From: Nitrosopumilus sp.
Lineage (GTDB): Archaea; Thermoproteota; Nitrososphaeria; Nitrososphaerales; Nitrosopumilaceae
DNA length: 64,000 bases
Assembly: GCA_965205215.1 (NCBI GenBank)
Contig: OZ242041.1
Coordinates: 1,376,001 to 1,440,000, forward strand
Reading direction: 5' to 3'
Every line of letters starts with the position of its first letter. The stretch's first letter is position 1. The notes under the pieces were generated by a model that was not told where the DNA came from, did no database searches, and was given only the letters and a program-made list of their open reading frames with translations. Shown here piece after piece: positions 49,137 to 58,935 of this stretch. Both the position numbers and the translations under genes were made by a program.

Positions 49137-50126
49137 TCATTCCTGCGGATGACCCGTGCTCTTGGATCGCCTGTCGATAGGACTTACCTTGTATACCGAA
49201 TAGATCCCGCCTGACTTGCGCGAGCGGTACGACCACTCGTCCCTGTCCCACTTCATCAGACTGCACATCTTCTTTGTCTCAGGATGCAGCCTGTCGTAAA
49301 CGTCGGATCCTATCAATACGTGGTTGGCGGCCGCTTTGTTCTGAATCTTGGCCGCAATGTTCATCACCGGCCCTATCAGGTCCACGTGGGACGTCTTGGC
49401 GTCCGAGCCGTACCTGACCACTATGCTCTGACCGCTGTCGATCCCGATCTTTGCCTTTAGCTCGGGATAGTCGTACTGATCCAGTACGGGGTTTATGCCG
49501 TCGCGTATGACCGATATCATGGATCTTGCGCAGTTGACTGCATTGTCGGCCGTCAACAGCTGGTTTGCCTCTGCCACAAAGTATCCTATCACTGCGTCTC
49601 CCACGAACTTTAGCACGTATCCGTTGTATTGCTTTATCACATATGCCATCTCCTGCGCAAACGAGCTCATTATTATGGCGACCTTTTCGGGGGAGATCTC
49701 CAGCGCCATCTGGGTGGATCCTACCAGGTCCACGTACATTACTACCATCTCGATGTGCTTGAGGACGTTCTTGCGGAGGTATAGGTCCGACTCGTCCTCG
49801 ATGCTGTCATACTCGTAGCCTTCCTTGAGGGACTTCCAGACGCGTATCTGCGTATTTTGTATCATGGTCTCAAAGTCAGGCGTCCTTTCTGCGGTCTTGC
49901 CCATGAGCATGTCGACTACCGACGCGGCGCCGCCGCTACCTCCACGCGCCTCTGGCGCGTCCTTGCCGGTGTGCTTTGCATCGTCCGCGGCACTGGCCGT
50001 GTCGTCGGTGCCACCGTCGCCGCTGTTGCCGCTGCTACTGAGAATGCTTGACGTGGTGAGCTCCCTTGTCGATTCTTTCTCCGCTGCCGTCGCCGCCACC
50101 GGCTCTGCATCTGACTGCTCTGTCAA
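49137..50126 (-). CDS. Class III adenylate/guanylate cyclase
   Basis: YVDLVGST, KFVGDAV, KIGIDSG, DLIGPVMNIAAKIQ. Confidence 0.92.
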   Translation of the reverse strand: MTEQSDAEPVAATAAEKESTRELTTSSILSSSGNSGDGGTDDTASAADDAKHTGKDAPEARGGSGGAASVVDMLMGKTAERTPDFETMIQNTQIRVWKSLKEGYEYDSIEDESDLYLRKNVLKHIEMVVMYVDLVGSTQMALEISPEKVAIIMSSFAQEMAYVIKQYNGYVLKFVGDAVIGYFVAEANQLLTADNAVNCARSMISVIRDGINPVLDQYDYPELKAKIGIDSGQSIVVRYGSDAKTSHVDLIGPVMNIAAKIQNKAAANHVLIGSDVYDRLHPETKKMCSLMKWDRDEWSYRSRKSGGIYSVYKVSPIDRRSKSTGHPQE

Positions 50127-50129
50127 TTC

Positions 50130-50252
50130 TCACTCCAGCGGAAAGTCCACCATGCAGTGCATGCACTTGCCGCGCATGCCCGAATACCTGCGGTTGTAGT
50201 ACTCTGTGATTGCGCCACTGCAGTGCTCGCACTTGGTGCCGGTTTCTTCCAC
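50130..50252 (-). CDS. 40-aa zinc-ribbon microprotein (absent from the ORF track)
   Basis: GTG start, MEETGTKCEHC...RGKCMHCMVDFPLE; ends 3 nt before the cyclase start. Confidence 0.7.
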   Translation of the reverse strand: MEETGTKCEHCSGAITEYYNRRYSGMRGKCMHCMVDFPLE

Positions 50253-50845
50253 AGGTATCCGTTTACATCAGTGTTATTTAGATTTATTTTGATCATTTTG
50301 TACGCGCACGTGACTGTGTGAGTGCGCATGCGGGCGGACCGACGCCGTCGAAGGTGCGCGCTTTGTGCCGTGCGCGGCCTGGCCATGGCCGCGGCACTAT
50401 CCTCGAAGCCAGATGCGAGACTGGCCCCGTTCCTAATTGTGCCAGCGCTGCCGTGGGGGAGGAGTGGGGGAGGGAGAGGGAGGAAAAAGAAGGGGGGGGG
50501 GGGGGAAGGGTGGAAGCTTGCGGCTACAAACTCACTGGAAAAATGCAAAAGTGCGCCTGACGCGATTGGCAGCTGGGCGGATAAAATAATCTGAATTTGT
50601 GATGCGTCGGCGCCGCACGCGGCGCGCGTTGCAGTACGTGCCTGTTTGCGCTACTGCATGCGCTTCTTGATCTTTCTTTGCCGGGGCGCGGTGGCGCGGG
50701 TGAAGATGGCTGGCACCTCATAATTCGGCAAACTCATCACAGAGTCAGAGCAGTGTCTTGTCGCAGTTAATCATCGGCGGCCCTTGTACTGTGGGCGCTG
50801 CTGCGTTATTATTTGTGCTTGCGCGAGGGGGGCACGCGCCCGCCG

Positions 50846-51949
50846 TCAGGTGACTATGTCCCCGAGCCTGCTGTCGTTTGCGGCGCGCCTGATCTCCATG
50901 GCGATCCTTCTCCCGATGCCGAACGTCTGGCCGTACTGGTACTTTGTATATGGGCTGGTGGTGGCCACTATGGGGTTGCCGGGGACGCGCAGCGACACGT
51001 CGTACACTACCATCTCCAGGTCCTTTGTTATCACGCTCTGAAGCGAGAACGGCCCTATCACTCCGGGGCTGTACTCCTTTTTGACCGCCTCCACGAACAT
51101 GTCGCCCATGGCGAGCACCTTTTCTAGCAGCGACTCGCGTATGCTTGCGGGCGTGTGTCCGACCTCTATGTTCTGGAGGCTTCCGGCCATCCCCATGTCG
51201 ATCTGCTGCTCGGCGGGCAGGGCGTTGTAGTCGTGTATGTCGGTCTGGAGCCTCCTCTCTATCCCTATAAAGTCGACTTGGTCTGATATCGGGGTGTGGA
51301 AGTAGTTAAAGTTCATGTACGTGCCGATCGCCAGCTCCTCTATGCTTGCCTCTGCTAGTCCAGCTTCTGATACGGTGCCGCCAGACACCTTGGCGCTGGA
51401 TTTTTCCTCATAGTCTGCGTATGATGAGACCGTAAAGAACGCGCGCTCTAGCGGCCTGTCCTTTTCCTGCACCTTTACGATACACGGTCCCGCTATGTCG
51501 GCGGGATCCTGCACGACCCTCGGGTACCTGATCCCCGCCTTTTCGAGCAGGTAGTACTGCCCCCTTGCGGCGTTCCTCTCCTCCGCTGCAAAGAGGGACC
51601 TGTTACCAAATATCGGCACCCGCAAGTCGTTCTCTATGGCACCGTATCCGAGGTATGCAGTAAGCGACCTGTGCGGTATGATTACGGTGTTTTCCTCCAG
51701 CATCTTCTGCTGGTGCTCCCCTGAGAGCATATCGCCGAATTTGTCTACCACCACGACCTCGTCGGCAATCCTCCCGAACCTCTTGTATGGCGCCTCCCTG
51801 CCCCTCTGGCAGTATACAGTGGTCTTGAACCCCTCGTCCTTTGCGCCGTCCATTATTTCCAGCGCCGAGTGGCTCCCAAGCACGCATATCCTGATGTCGC
51901 CGGCGTCGTACGAGTCTGCCACGCTGGACATTTCTGACGCGCCTATCAT
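50846..51949 (-). CDS. Second PurP-family ATP-grasp ligase
   Basis: LGSHSALE, GAKDEGF, ERAFF, GHTPASIRESLL, GPFSLQ, DVSLRVPG, GRRIAME. Confidence 0.9.
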   Translation of the reverse strand: MIGASEMSSVADSYDAGDIRICVLGSHSALEIMDGAKDEGFKTTVYCQRGREAPYKRFGRIADEVVVVDKFGDMLSGEHQQKMLEENTVIIPHRSLTAYLGYGAIENDLRVPIFGNRSLFAAEERNAARGQYYLLEKAGIRYPRVVQDPADIAGPCIVKVQEKDRPLERAFFTVSSYADYEEKSSAKVSGGTVSEAGLAEASIEELAIGTYMNFNYFHTPISDQVDFIGIERRLQTDIHDYNALPAEQQIDMGMAGSLQNIEVGHTPASIRESLLEKVLAMGDMFVEAVKKEYSPGVIGPFSLQSVITKDLEMVVYDVSLRVPGNPIVATTSPYTKYQYGQTFGIGRRIAMEIRRAANDSRLGDIVT

Positions 51950-52261
51950 GCCATGGGTGCCGCCACGCCGTATATTATTATTATTTTAGCTGCGGGCGCA
52001 CGGGCCCGGGCCGGCGTGTTCCGCGACCCGGGCGCGCGGAGGGGCGTCTAGGCGTGCCGCGGCGATGGCGGCAGTGGCGGAGGCAACAGAAGGCGTCGCC
52101 GCTGCGGCCTACGCGGACTGCCCCCGCGCGTTCTGGGCAGTCGGGCCGCTGGTTACGGCCGGGTTCGGGCGCCAGAACGGCCGCCGGCTGCCATGCCGGG
52201 GCTCCGCGTTGCGCCATGTGGGGCGCATAACGCTTTTGAGCGCTGCTTGCGGTGGCAGTGT

Positions 52262-52504
52262 ATGCTGTATCACTTTGAGCTGCAGATGGCGGGAATCATA
52301 CTGCTTAGTGCCATGCTTGCATGCGGCGTGTTTCTGTATATACGGAGGCGCCGTGAGAGGCTCTTGCAGGAGTCAGAGGAGTCGAGATTCCTGTACGGCG
52401 ACGGCGACAATTCTGCCGCCGCCGCGGGCGATGCCCGCAGTGACGGCACGGAACCCAAAGACCGCGGCGGCGCCGACGACGACTCTGGCGACGGCAGGCC
52501 GTAA
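52262..52504 (+). CDS. Small single-TM hypothetical protein
   Basis: Hydrophobic helix followed by RRRR and an acidic tail. Confidence 0.5.
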   Translation: MLYHFELQMAGIILLSAMLACGVFLYIRRRRERLLQESEESRFLYGDGDNSAAAAGDARSDGTEPKDRGGADDDSGDGRP

Positions 52505-52625
52505 GGCCGCGTCCGCCCCGCCTGCCCTGCGGCGGCAAAGACAGCCTCTGGATCCTGCCTGCTGGACTGCCCGGCGCTTGGGACTCCAGCTCGCGACTTA
52601 ATAGCGCCCGCATCCAACCACTACC

Positions 52626-53156
52626 ATGCGCGGGCTTGTGATGGGGCGTTTTCAGCCGTTTCATCTGGGGCACCTTGCGCTGGCAAGGCAGGTCCTGTCC
52701 GAGTGCGACGGGCTGGTCGTGGCGGTTACAAGCGCCCAGTTCAACTACATGGAAAAGGATCCGTTTACCGCAGGCGAGCGGATTGAGATGGTCCACGACT
52801 CGCTTGTCGAGTCGGGCGCGGACATGTCAAGGTGCTTTGTGACCGCGATTGAGAACCAGTTTAACATCGCCACCTGGGGGGGATACCTGAGGGCTACCCT
52901 TCCGGAGTTCGGGCGCGCGTACAGCGGCAACCCGTATGTCGCAATGCTGCTGTCTGATCTGGGCATCGACGTGGTCATGCCGGACTTTGTTGACCGTCCC
53001 AGATACAATGCTAGTTCGATAAGGCACCTGATACGCTCCGGGGGCCGGTGGGAGGATCTGGTACCGGACGCGGTGCGCAGGCGCCTGGTCGACATGGACG
53101 CCAGGCGCCGGCTTGCGGCCATTTTCGACTCTGATACGAGGCCGACCGAGCATTGA
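52626..53156 (+). CDS. nadM: Nicotinamide-nucleotide adenylyltransferase (NadM type)
   Basis: GRFQPFHLGH, SAQ, PFTAGER, SGNP, WEDLVP. Confidence 0.93.
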   Translation: MRGLVMGRFQPFHLGHLALARQVLSECDGLVVAVTSAQFNYMEKDPFTAGERIEMVHDSLVESGADMSRCFVTAIENQFNIATWGGYLRATLPEFGRAYSGNPYVAMLLSDLGIDVVMPDFVDRPRYNASSIRHLIRSGGRWEDLVPDAVRRRLVDMDARRRLAAIFDSDTRPTEH

Positions 53157-53371
53157 CGGGCCCCGTACGCGCGTGCCCCGTGTGCCCGGAATGCGGCGGG
53201 AAAAAGTTTGCTAGGGTTGCGCGCGGCGACGCCCCGCGGCATCCGGCCCAGGGGGACGGCAAGCGCCCTGCAGGGCCCGGGATGATGGCCCTCAGGTGCC
53301 GCAACTGCGGCAGCGTCTCGGGATTCTGAGCGCGGTGGTTGATTAATATTAACTTCGCCAGTCCGCACCGC

Positions 53372-54370
53372 ATGGCCCAGACGTGGAAGGATGACGAGAT
53401 AAGCTTGGATCCCATCCGGGACCAGACTGTGGCCGTCATCGGGTATGGCATACAGGGCGACGCGCAGGCAAACAACATGAAGGACTCCGGGCTTGACGTG
53501 GTAGTTGGCCTCAGGGAGGGCGGCTCCAGCTGGGCAAAGGCCGAGTCCGACGGGCACGCGGTGCTTTCTGTGAGCGAGGCCGTCAAGAGGGCCGACATCG
53601 TACACGTGCTGATCCCGGACATGATGCAGGCCTCCGTGTACCGCTCGGAGATTGGGCCCAGCCTGTCTGCCGGGAACGCGCTCTCGTTTTCCCATGCCGC
53701 CGCGATATACTGGAAGTGGATAGATCCCCCCTCCGACGTCGACCTGATCATGGTGGCGCCCAAGGGACCGGGCTCCAAGGTCAGGGAGACGTACCTGGAA
53801 GGGTTCGGCACGCCGTCCATAGTTGCAGTCGAGCAGGATCATACCGGGACCGCGTGGGACCGGACGCTTGGAATGGCAAAGGCGATAGGCAGCGCAAGGG
53901 CCGGGCTGATCAAGACCACCTTCAAGGAGGAGGTGGAGACTGACTGGTTTGGGGAGCAGGCCGACCTGTGCGGCGGGGCCGCGTCGATGGTGACAAACGC
54001 GTTTGAGACACTTGTGGAGGCGGGGTACCAGCCTGAGATTGCCTACTTTGAGGTGCTCCACGAGCTGAAACTGATCGTGGACATGATACAGCGGTACGGG
54101 ATAAACGGCATGTGGAGGCGCGTAAGCGAGACTGCAAGGTACGGCGGGCTGACCCGCGGGCCGCTCGTAATGGACGACTCCACAAAGGAGCGCATGAAAA
54201 AGGTACTGGACATGATCCAGGACGGCACGTTCAACCGCGAGTGGGTGTCCGAGTACGAGAAGAGCGGCAAGGACGCGTTCGAGTCGCACATGCAAAAGTA
54301 CGACGAGCACCAGATAGAGCAGGTTGGAAAGAGGATGCGCAAGATGATGTGGCCTGATTCCACCGAGTGA
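53372..54370 (+). CDS. ilvC: Ketol-acid reductoisomerase
   Basis: IGYGIQG, MVAPKGPG, ETDWFGEQ, AYFEVLHE, SETARYG. Confidence 0.97.
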   Translation: MAQTWKDDEISLDPIRDQTVAVIGYGIQGDAQANNMKDSGLDVVVGLREGGSSWAKAESDGHAVLSVSEAVKRADIVHVLIPDMMQASVYRSEIGPSLSAGNALSFSHAAAIYWKWIDPPSDVDLIMVAPKGPGSKVRETYLEGFGTPSIVAVEQDHTGTAWDRTLGMAKAIGSARAGLIKTTFKEEVETDWFGEQADLCGGAASMVTNAFETLVEAGYQPEIAYFEVLHELKLIVDMIQRYGINGMWRRVSETARYGGLTRGPLVMDDSTKERMKKVLDMIQDGTFNREWVSEYEKSGKDAFESHMQKYDEHQIEQVGKRMRKMMWPDSTE

Positions 54371-54429
54371 CGAAAAGGCGCGTACCAGTGACGCCGCGCA
54401 CAAGACATGAACAGCTCGACTTTTGTGAC

Positions 54430-54438
54430 TTTTTTTTT
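54430..54438 (+). terminator. Oligo-T tract after ilvC, candidate archaeal terminator
   Basis: T9 run 60 nt after the stop codon. Confidence 0.45.
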
Positions 54439-54521
54439 GCGCGCCCGCCTGCTGTTGTCGGACAGGTTGACGCGGCGCGCCCGCCTGCTGTTGTCGGACA
54501 GGTTGACGCGGCGCGCCCGCC
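54439..54521. repeat. 36-bp tandem duplication x2.3
   Basis: GCGCGCCCGCCTGCTGTTGTCGGACAGGTTGACGCG repeated exactly. Confidence 0.92.
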
Positions 54522-54539
54522 GGCGACGGCAGCCGCCTG

Positions 54540-54965
54540 TCAGAGTTCCCGCAGCTTGGCGACGCCGGTGTTGATGTGGCTTATGATGGCCGGCAGCGGC
54601 GTTCCCGGACCAAACACGTGGTCCACCCCTGACTTTACGAGGTGCGCATGATCCGCCTCTGGAATCACGCCACCCCCGACAATCAGCACGTCGTTCATGC
54701 CCTTTTTCCGCATCTCCTTTACGACCCTTGGAAACAGCGTCCCGTGCGCCCCGTTGAGCAGGCTCATGGCCACTGCGTCCACGTCCTCGTCCTCTGCAAT
54801 CTGCGCAATCCTCTTCGGGGTTGCAAAGAGTCCCGAATAGATGACCTCCATCCCGGCGTCCCTAAAGGCCCTGCAGAGCACCAGGGCCCCCCGGTCGTGC
54901 CCGTCGAGGCCCAGCTTTGCCACGAGAACCTTTACGCTTCTAGTAGCGGTCTTCTGCCTGCTCAT
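54540..54965 (-). CDS. Methylmalonyl-CoA mutase small (cobalamin-binding) subunit
   Basis: KLGLDGHDRGA (DxHxxG), GMEVIY, GGVIP, FGPGT. Confidence 0.93.
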   Translation of the reverse strand: MSRQKTATRSVKVLVAKLGLDGHDRGALVLCRAFRDAGMEVIYSGLFATPKRIAQIAEDEDVDAVAMSLLNGAHGTLFPRVVKEMRKKGMNDVLIVGGGVIPEADHAHLVKSGVDHVFGPGTPLPAIISHINTGVAKLREL

Positions 54966-55241
54966 GCGCTGTACTGCGCGCAGTGCCATTTTAAAGTCTA
55001 CGCTGCCTGACTTGGAGGAGCCGGCGCAAAAAGGCGTCCGGCGCAAAGCATGCAGGTGGCAACCGCGATAACGGCAGCGGACGCAGCAGTGGCCGCGGCC
55101 GAGCCGCGGCAATGACAACAAAAAGAGGAGGGGCGACTTGCAGGCGCGATTTATCCTGGCGCCGCACGCTGTCTGCCACCTCTTGCGCTGCCGCCCCGGC
55201 CGTTCTGAAATCTACTTAAGGCCGCCCCGGCGTCCGTCGTC

Positions 55242-58190
55242 ATGGGTTATTGCGATTTTGAGCCCCTGCATTACGATCTGGAGTTTGAACCGGATCTTGA
55301 GAACTCCGTGTTCTCCGGCAGGGCCTCGATCAGGGCGAAGTGCACCGGTGGTTCGGCCCGTACAATAGAGATGGACTGCGCGGAGATTGACGTGCGCTCA
55401 TGCCGCGTTCGCGTGGTCCGGCAGAAGGGCGCAAGGGGACGCCTGCATACGGGTGAACCGATAGAAATACCGAGATCGTCCCTGTCGACAAATGAGAAAA
55501 AAGAACGGCTTGTGATAAGACTGCCGCGCAGTGTGGTGCTGGACGGCGGCAGTGTGGGGGGAAGAGGAGGAAGAGGACGGCGCGCCGGCAGTCAGGTTAT
55601 TATCGACTTGGAGTTTGACGGGGCGCTGAATGACCGGCTGCTTGGTTTTTACCGGAGCAAATCTAGTAGTAGCAGCAGTGCCGGCGCCGGCGGCGACAAA
55701 AAGACGTCGTACATGGCCACTACGCAGTTTGAGGCGTCTGACGCGAGGCGCGCATTCCCGTGCTGGGACGTGCCCTCCGCCAAGGCCACGTTTGGGATCC
55801 GCATCACGGTACCCGGCCCGAGATACTCTGCGGTGTCAAACATGCCCGTGTCTCAGGTAAGGCGCGATCCGCTGTCTGCGAGTCGCACGTTCTGCTTTGC
55901 AGCCACCCCGGCCATGTCGACATACCTGGTCTATCTGGGAGTCGGCGAGTTTGCATACGTGCAGGACTCCGGCGGTTCTGGGAGGGGGAGGAAGAAGAAG
56001 GGGAAGGAAGGAGACACGCTCATACGCGTCATTACCACAAAGCATGTCGACAGAAGGCTTGCGCGGTTCGCCCTGAAGTGCGCAAGAACCCTGCTGGAAC
56101 TCTACGAGTCGTACTTCGGCATTGCGTATCCGCTGCCCAAGCTAGACCTGATTGCGGTGCCAGACTTTGCGGCGGGCGCCATGGAGAACTGGGGGGCCAT
56201 AACGTTCAGGGAGAACCTCCTGCTGTACGACCCGAAAAAATCATCCACGCGCACAAAGCAGCTTGTCGCCGAGGTGATCTCGCACGAGCTGGCCCACCAG
56301 TGGTTCGGGAACCTGGTCACCATGAGGTGGTGGAACGATCTGTGGCTCAACGAGAGCTTTGCGACCTTTATGGCAACAAAGCTGCTTGACCGGATGTACC
56401 CGGAGTGGGACATGTGGGGGCAGTTTCTGACCGACGCTATGAGGACGGGAATGGACCTGGACTCCATGAGATCGACCCACCCGATAGACGTGGAGGTGGC
56501 GTCGCCCTCCCAGATACGCGAGATATTTGATCCCATCTCGTACGACAAGGGGGGGTGCGTGCTGCGCATGCTTGAACAGTACGTGGGCGGGGACTCGTTT
56601 AGAAAAGGCCTGAGGCTTTACCTACGAAAATTCGAGTACGGCAACGCGGAAGGGGCCGACCTGTGGAGGTGCATCGAGGCCGAGTCGGGCAAGCCGGTGT
56701 CGAGAATGATAAGGTCGTGGCTGACGACTCCGGGGTTTCCCGTGGTGCACCTCTCGCTCAAGGACAACGGCTCAAAGCTGCACGCGCGCCAGGAGCGGTA
56801 CGTCTCATATTCCGGCAGAAAGCGCCCACTGTCGCTGTCGTCATCCGGCCCCGCGCCGGCGCCCCCATCCAGCGGTTTCTCAGGCGCGCCCGACGCGTGG
56901 CCCATCCCGCTCTCGCTACGCCATGTGCCGGGCGGGCGCCCCGCGTCGACCGTGCTGTTCTCAAGGAGATCAATTCGCGTCGACCTGGACGCGGCGGGCG
57001 CAAAACCTGGCGCAGGACGCGCGGCCGCAACGGCCGCTGCGGGCAGGCCGCCCCGCAAAGGCCGTGGCGTCCCTTGCGCGATAATTGCAAATCCCGGAAG
57101 GACGGGCTTTTACCGCGTGCGGTACGACGGCGCAATGATGCTTGACATGCTCATGCTCGCCGACTCGGGGCGCCTTGGGGCCCCCGATCTGTGGGCCCTG
57201 CAAAACGACCTCTTTGCAATGTGCGTGTCGGGGCTCGCCTCGATACGGGATTACCTGGAGCTGCTCGACGCGTACCGCAACGTGGACACCCCCGTGGTGC
57301 TTGCAGACGTGGGGCTCAACCTGTCTCGGCTGTTCCGTATGTCGTTTGACAGCCCGCTGCCGGCCGGCGAGATAAGGTGGCACGCAACCGAGTTTTACAG
57401 GCGGGTGCACGACATGGTGGGCTGGAAGGTCCGCGGCGGCGAGCCACACACGGTCTCGCTCCTGCGCGGGCCCGTCATTACGTCGCTGGGGCTCTTGGGC
57501 GACCGGGGCGTGGTTGAGAGGTGCATGGACATGTATGATGCACTGTCCGCGTCCGGAGGGGCGCACGCACGGGGCTCGATTCACCCCGACCTAGTGGATC
57601 CCGTCTGCACGGTTGCGGCGTGGAACAGCGACAGGCGTGGCGGCGGCAGCAGCAGCGGCGGCGGCGGCAGCAGCAGCAGCGGCAATGCGCCTGCCAAGAG
57701 ACGTGAGACGCCTGCGAAGATGCACCGCAGGCTTGCGGCGCTGCACAAGGCAGCCGACACCACCGAGCAGAAGATGCGCTTCCTTGGGGCCATGTGCGGG
57801 TTCAGGGACCCTGTACTGCTCGAGCGCACCCTGAAATTCGCACTGTCTGGCGAGGTGCGCTCGCAGAACTTTTTTGCGCCCGTCCTGAGGGTGTCTGAGA
57901 ACCCCTACGGATCCCATATGCTGTGGGCGTGGGTCCGGAAAAACTGGCCCCTCGTATCAAAAAAGGTGGGCCACGGGAATCCGCTGCTTGGAAGGGTGAT
58001 CTCTTCGCTTGCAAACGTGTGTGGGCGCGGGGACATACCCGACGTGCGCAGGTTCTTTGCAAAAAACCCCGTGCCGGGCACTGAGCGCACCGTCGCGCAG
58101 GCAATCGAGAGAATAAGAATTGCAGATGCCATGCGCGAGCGCATGAAAAGGGAGTTCGCCGGCCCGGGCACAGGGATGCGCGCGTTGTGA
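55242..58190 (+). CDS. M1-family aminopeptidase (tricorn-interacting factor / puromycin-sensitive type)
   Basis: TQFE..ARRAFPC, GAMENWG, HELAH-x18-E, YDKG. Confidence 0.95.
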   Translation: MGYCDFEPLHYDLEFEPDLENSVFSGRASIRAKCTGGSARTIEMDCAEIDVRSCRVRVVRQKGARGRLHTGEPIEIPRSSLSTNEKKERLVIRLPRSVVLDGGSVGGRGGRGRRAGSQVIIDLEFDGALNDRLLGFYRSKSSSSSSAGAGGDKKTSYMATTQFEASDARRAFPCWDVPSAKATFGIRITVPGPRYSAVSNMPVSQVRRDPLSASRTFCFAATPAMSTYLVYLGVGEFAYVQDSGGSGRGRKKKGKEGDTLIRVITTKHVDRRLARFALKCARTLLELYESYFGIAYPLPKLDLIAVPDFAAGAMENWGAITFRENLLLYDPKKSSTRTKQLVAEVISHELAHQWFGNLVTMRWWNDLWLNESFATFMATKLLDRMYPEWDMWGQFLTDAMRTGMDLDSMRSTHPIDVEVASPSQIREIFDPISYDKGGCVLRMLEQYVGGDSFRKGLRLYLRKFEYGNAEGADLWRCIEAESGKPVSRMIRSWLTTPGFPVVHLSLKDNGSKLHARQERYVSYSGRKRPLSLSSSGPAPAPPSSGFSGAPDAWPIPLSLRHVPGGRPASTVLFSRRSIRVDLDAAGAKPGAGRAAATAAAGRPPRKGRGVPCAIIANPGRTGFYRVRYDGAMMLDMLMLADSGRLGAPDLWALQNDLFAMCVSGLASIRDYLELLDAYRNVDTPVVLADVGLNLSRLFRMSFDSPLPAGEIRWHATEFYRRVHDMVGWKVRGGEPHTVSLLRGPVITSLGLLGDRGVVERCMDMYDALSASGGAHARGSIHPDLVDPVCTVAAWNSDRRGGGSSSGGGGSSSSGNAPAKRRETPAKMHRRLAALHKAADTTEQKMRFLGAMCGFRDPVLLERTLKFALSGEVRSQNFFAPVLRVSENPYGSHMLWAWVRKNWPLVSKKVGHGNPLLGRVISSLANVCGRGDIPDVRRFFAKNPVPGTERTVAQAIERIRIADAMRERMKREFAGPGTGMRAL

Positions 58191-58220
58191 TGGCGGCGGC
58201 AGCAGTGGATGTGACGATTA

Positions 58221-58709
58221 ATGCGCGACTCTTCTTTTTCTACCCCCGGACGCGGCCGCAAAACCCGTATTCTTGCCGCGACGCTGGCGTCTGTGGCGGT
58301 GGCCGCGATCGCGCTCACCGTCGTATTCTCTGCGCCCGTGGCGACGGATCTGCCGCGCGGCGGCAGCAGCAGCAGTATTGACGCGCGAACCGCGCAGGAA
58401 TCCATACGCATCGACGCGATATACTATGAACAAAATAAAACCGCGGTAATTACATACGTCGACGACACCGGCGCAAAAGTCCCGGTGACGGTGGAGGTAC
58501 TTGGAATGGCCGACACGTACAGGAGGGAGTTTACCGGCCCCCAGTTTTCCACGTCCTTGCATTTCCCATCGGTGCCAAAATACGGCTGGGCGGTGAACCC
58601 GGTGGTCTCCGAGGTGCGCCATCCGGTATTTGGGGACGTTCAGATAAAGACGGAGATCCGCGGGGAGGGCCAGCCGGCGCCGCGCACCATATACGCCGAC
58701 CTGCAATGA
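58221..58709 (+). CDS. Membrane-anchored hypothetical protein
   Basis: Basic N-terminus, TM helix, beta-rich domain containing PKYGW. Confidence 0.65.
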   Translation: MRDSSFSTPGRGRKTRILAATLASVAVAAIALTVVFSAPVATDLPRGGSSSSIDARTAQESIRIDAIYYEQNKTAVITYVDDTGAKVPVTVEVLGMADTYRREFTGPQFSTSLHFPSVPKYGWAVNPVVSEVRHPVFGDVQIKTEIRGEGQPAPRTIYADLQ

Positions 58710-58935
58710 CGCTCTGCTGGGGGGACTCGTCGCGCACCTCTTAACTCTGCGGAGCAAGCCTCCGCCCCGGCGTGCAGCACGCCGCATGCCGTACAACCAT
58801 CATCCGTCATCCATCATCATCCGCCCGCCTTATCCCCCGCCCCCGCCCCCAAAACGGATTGGTAAAAACAATCTAACAAAACGGATCAACATTTCTTACA
58901 CGTCGTAGGTTATACCGAACGCCGCATTGTACGAC

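Noticed and set aside
50700-50775. C/D box sRNA on the minus strand (GTGATGA...CCGA...ATGAGG)
   Set aside because: No terminal CTGA D box at the expected distance and no identifiable guide target.
35656-51949. Two purP-like genes as a novelty
   Set aside because: Paired PurP-family paralogs are an established feature of many archaea.
52084-52100. RNase P RNA 3' motif (AACAGAAGGCG)
   Set aside because: The following GCTTA-like bases and the upstream GAGGAAAGTCC element are absent.
54439-54521. Mini-CRISPR suggested by the 36-bp unit
   Set aside because: The units are contiguous with no spacer.
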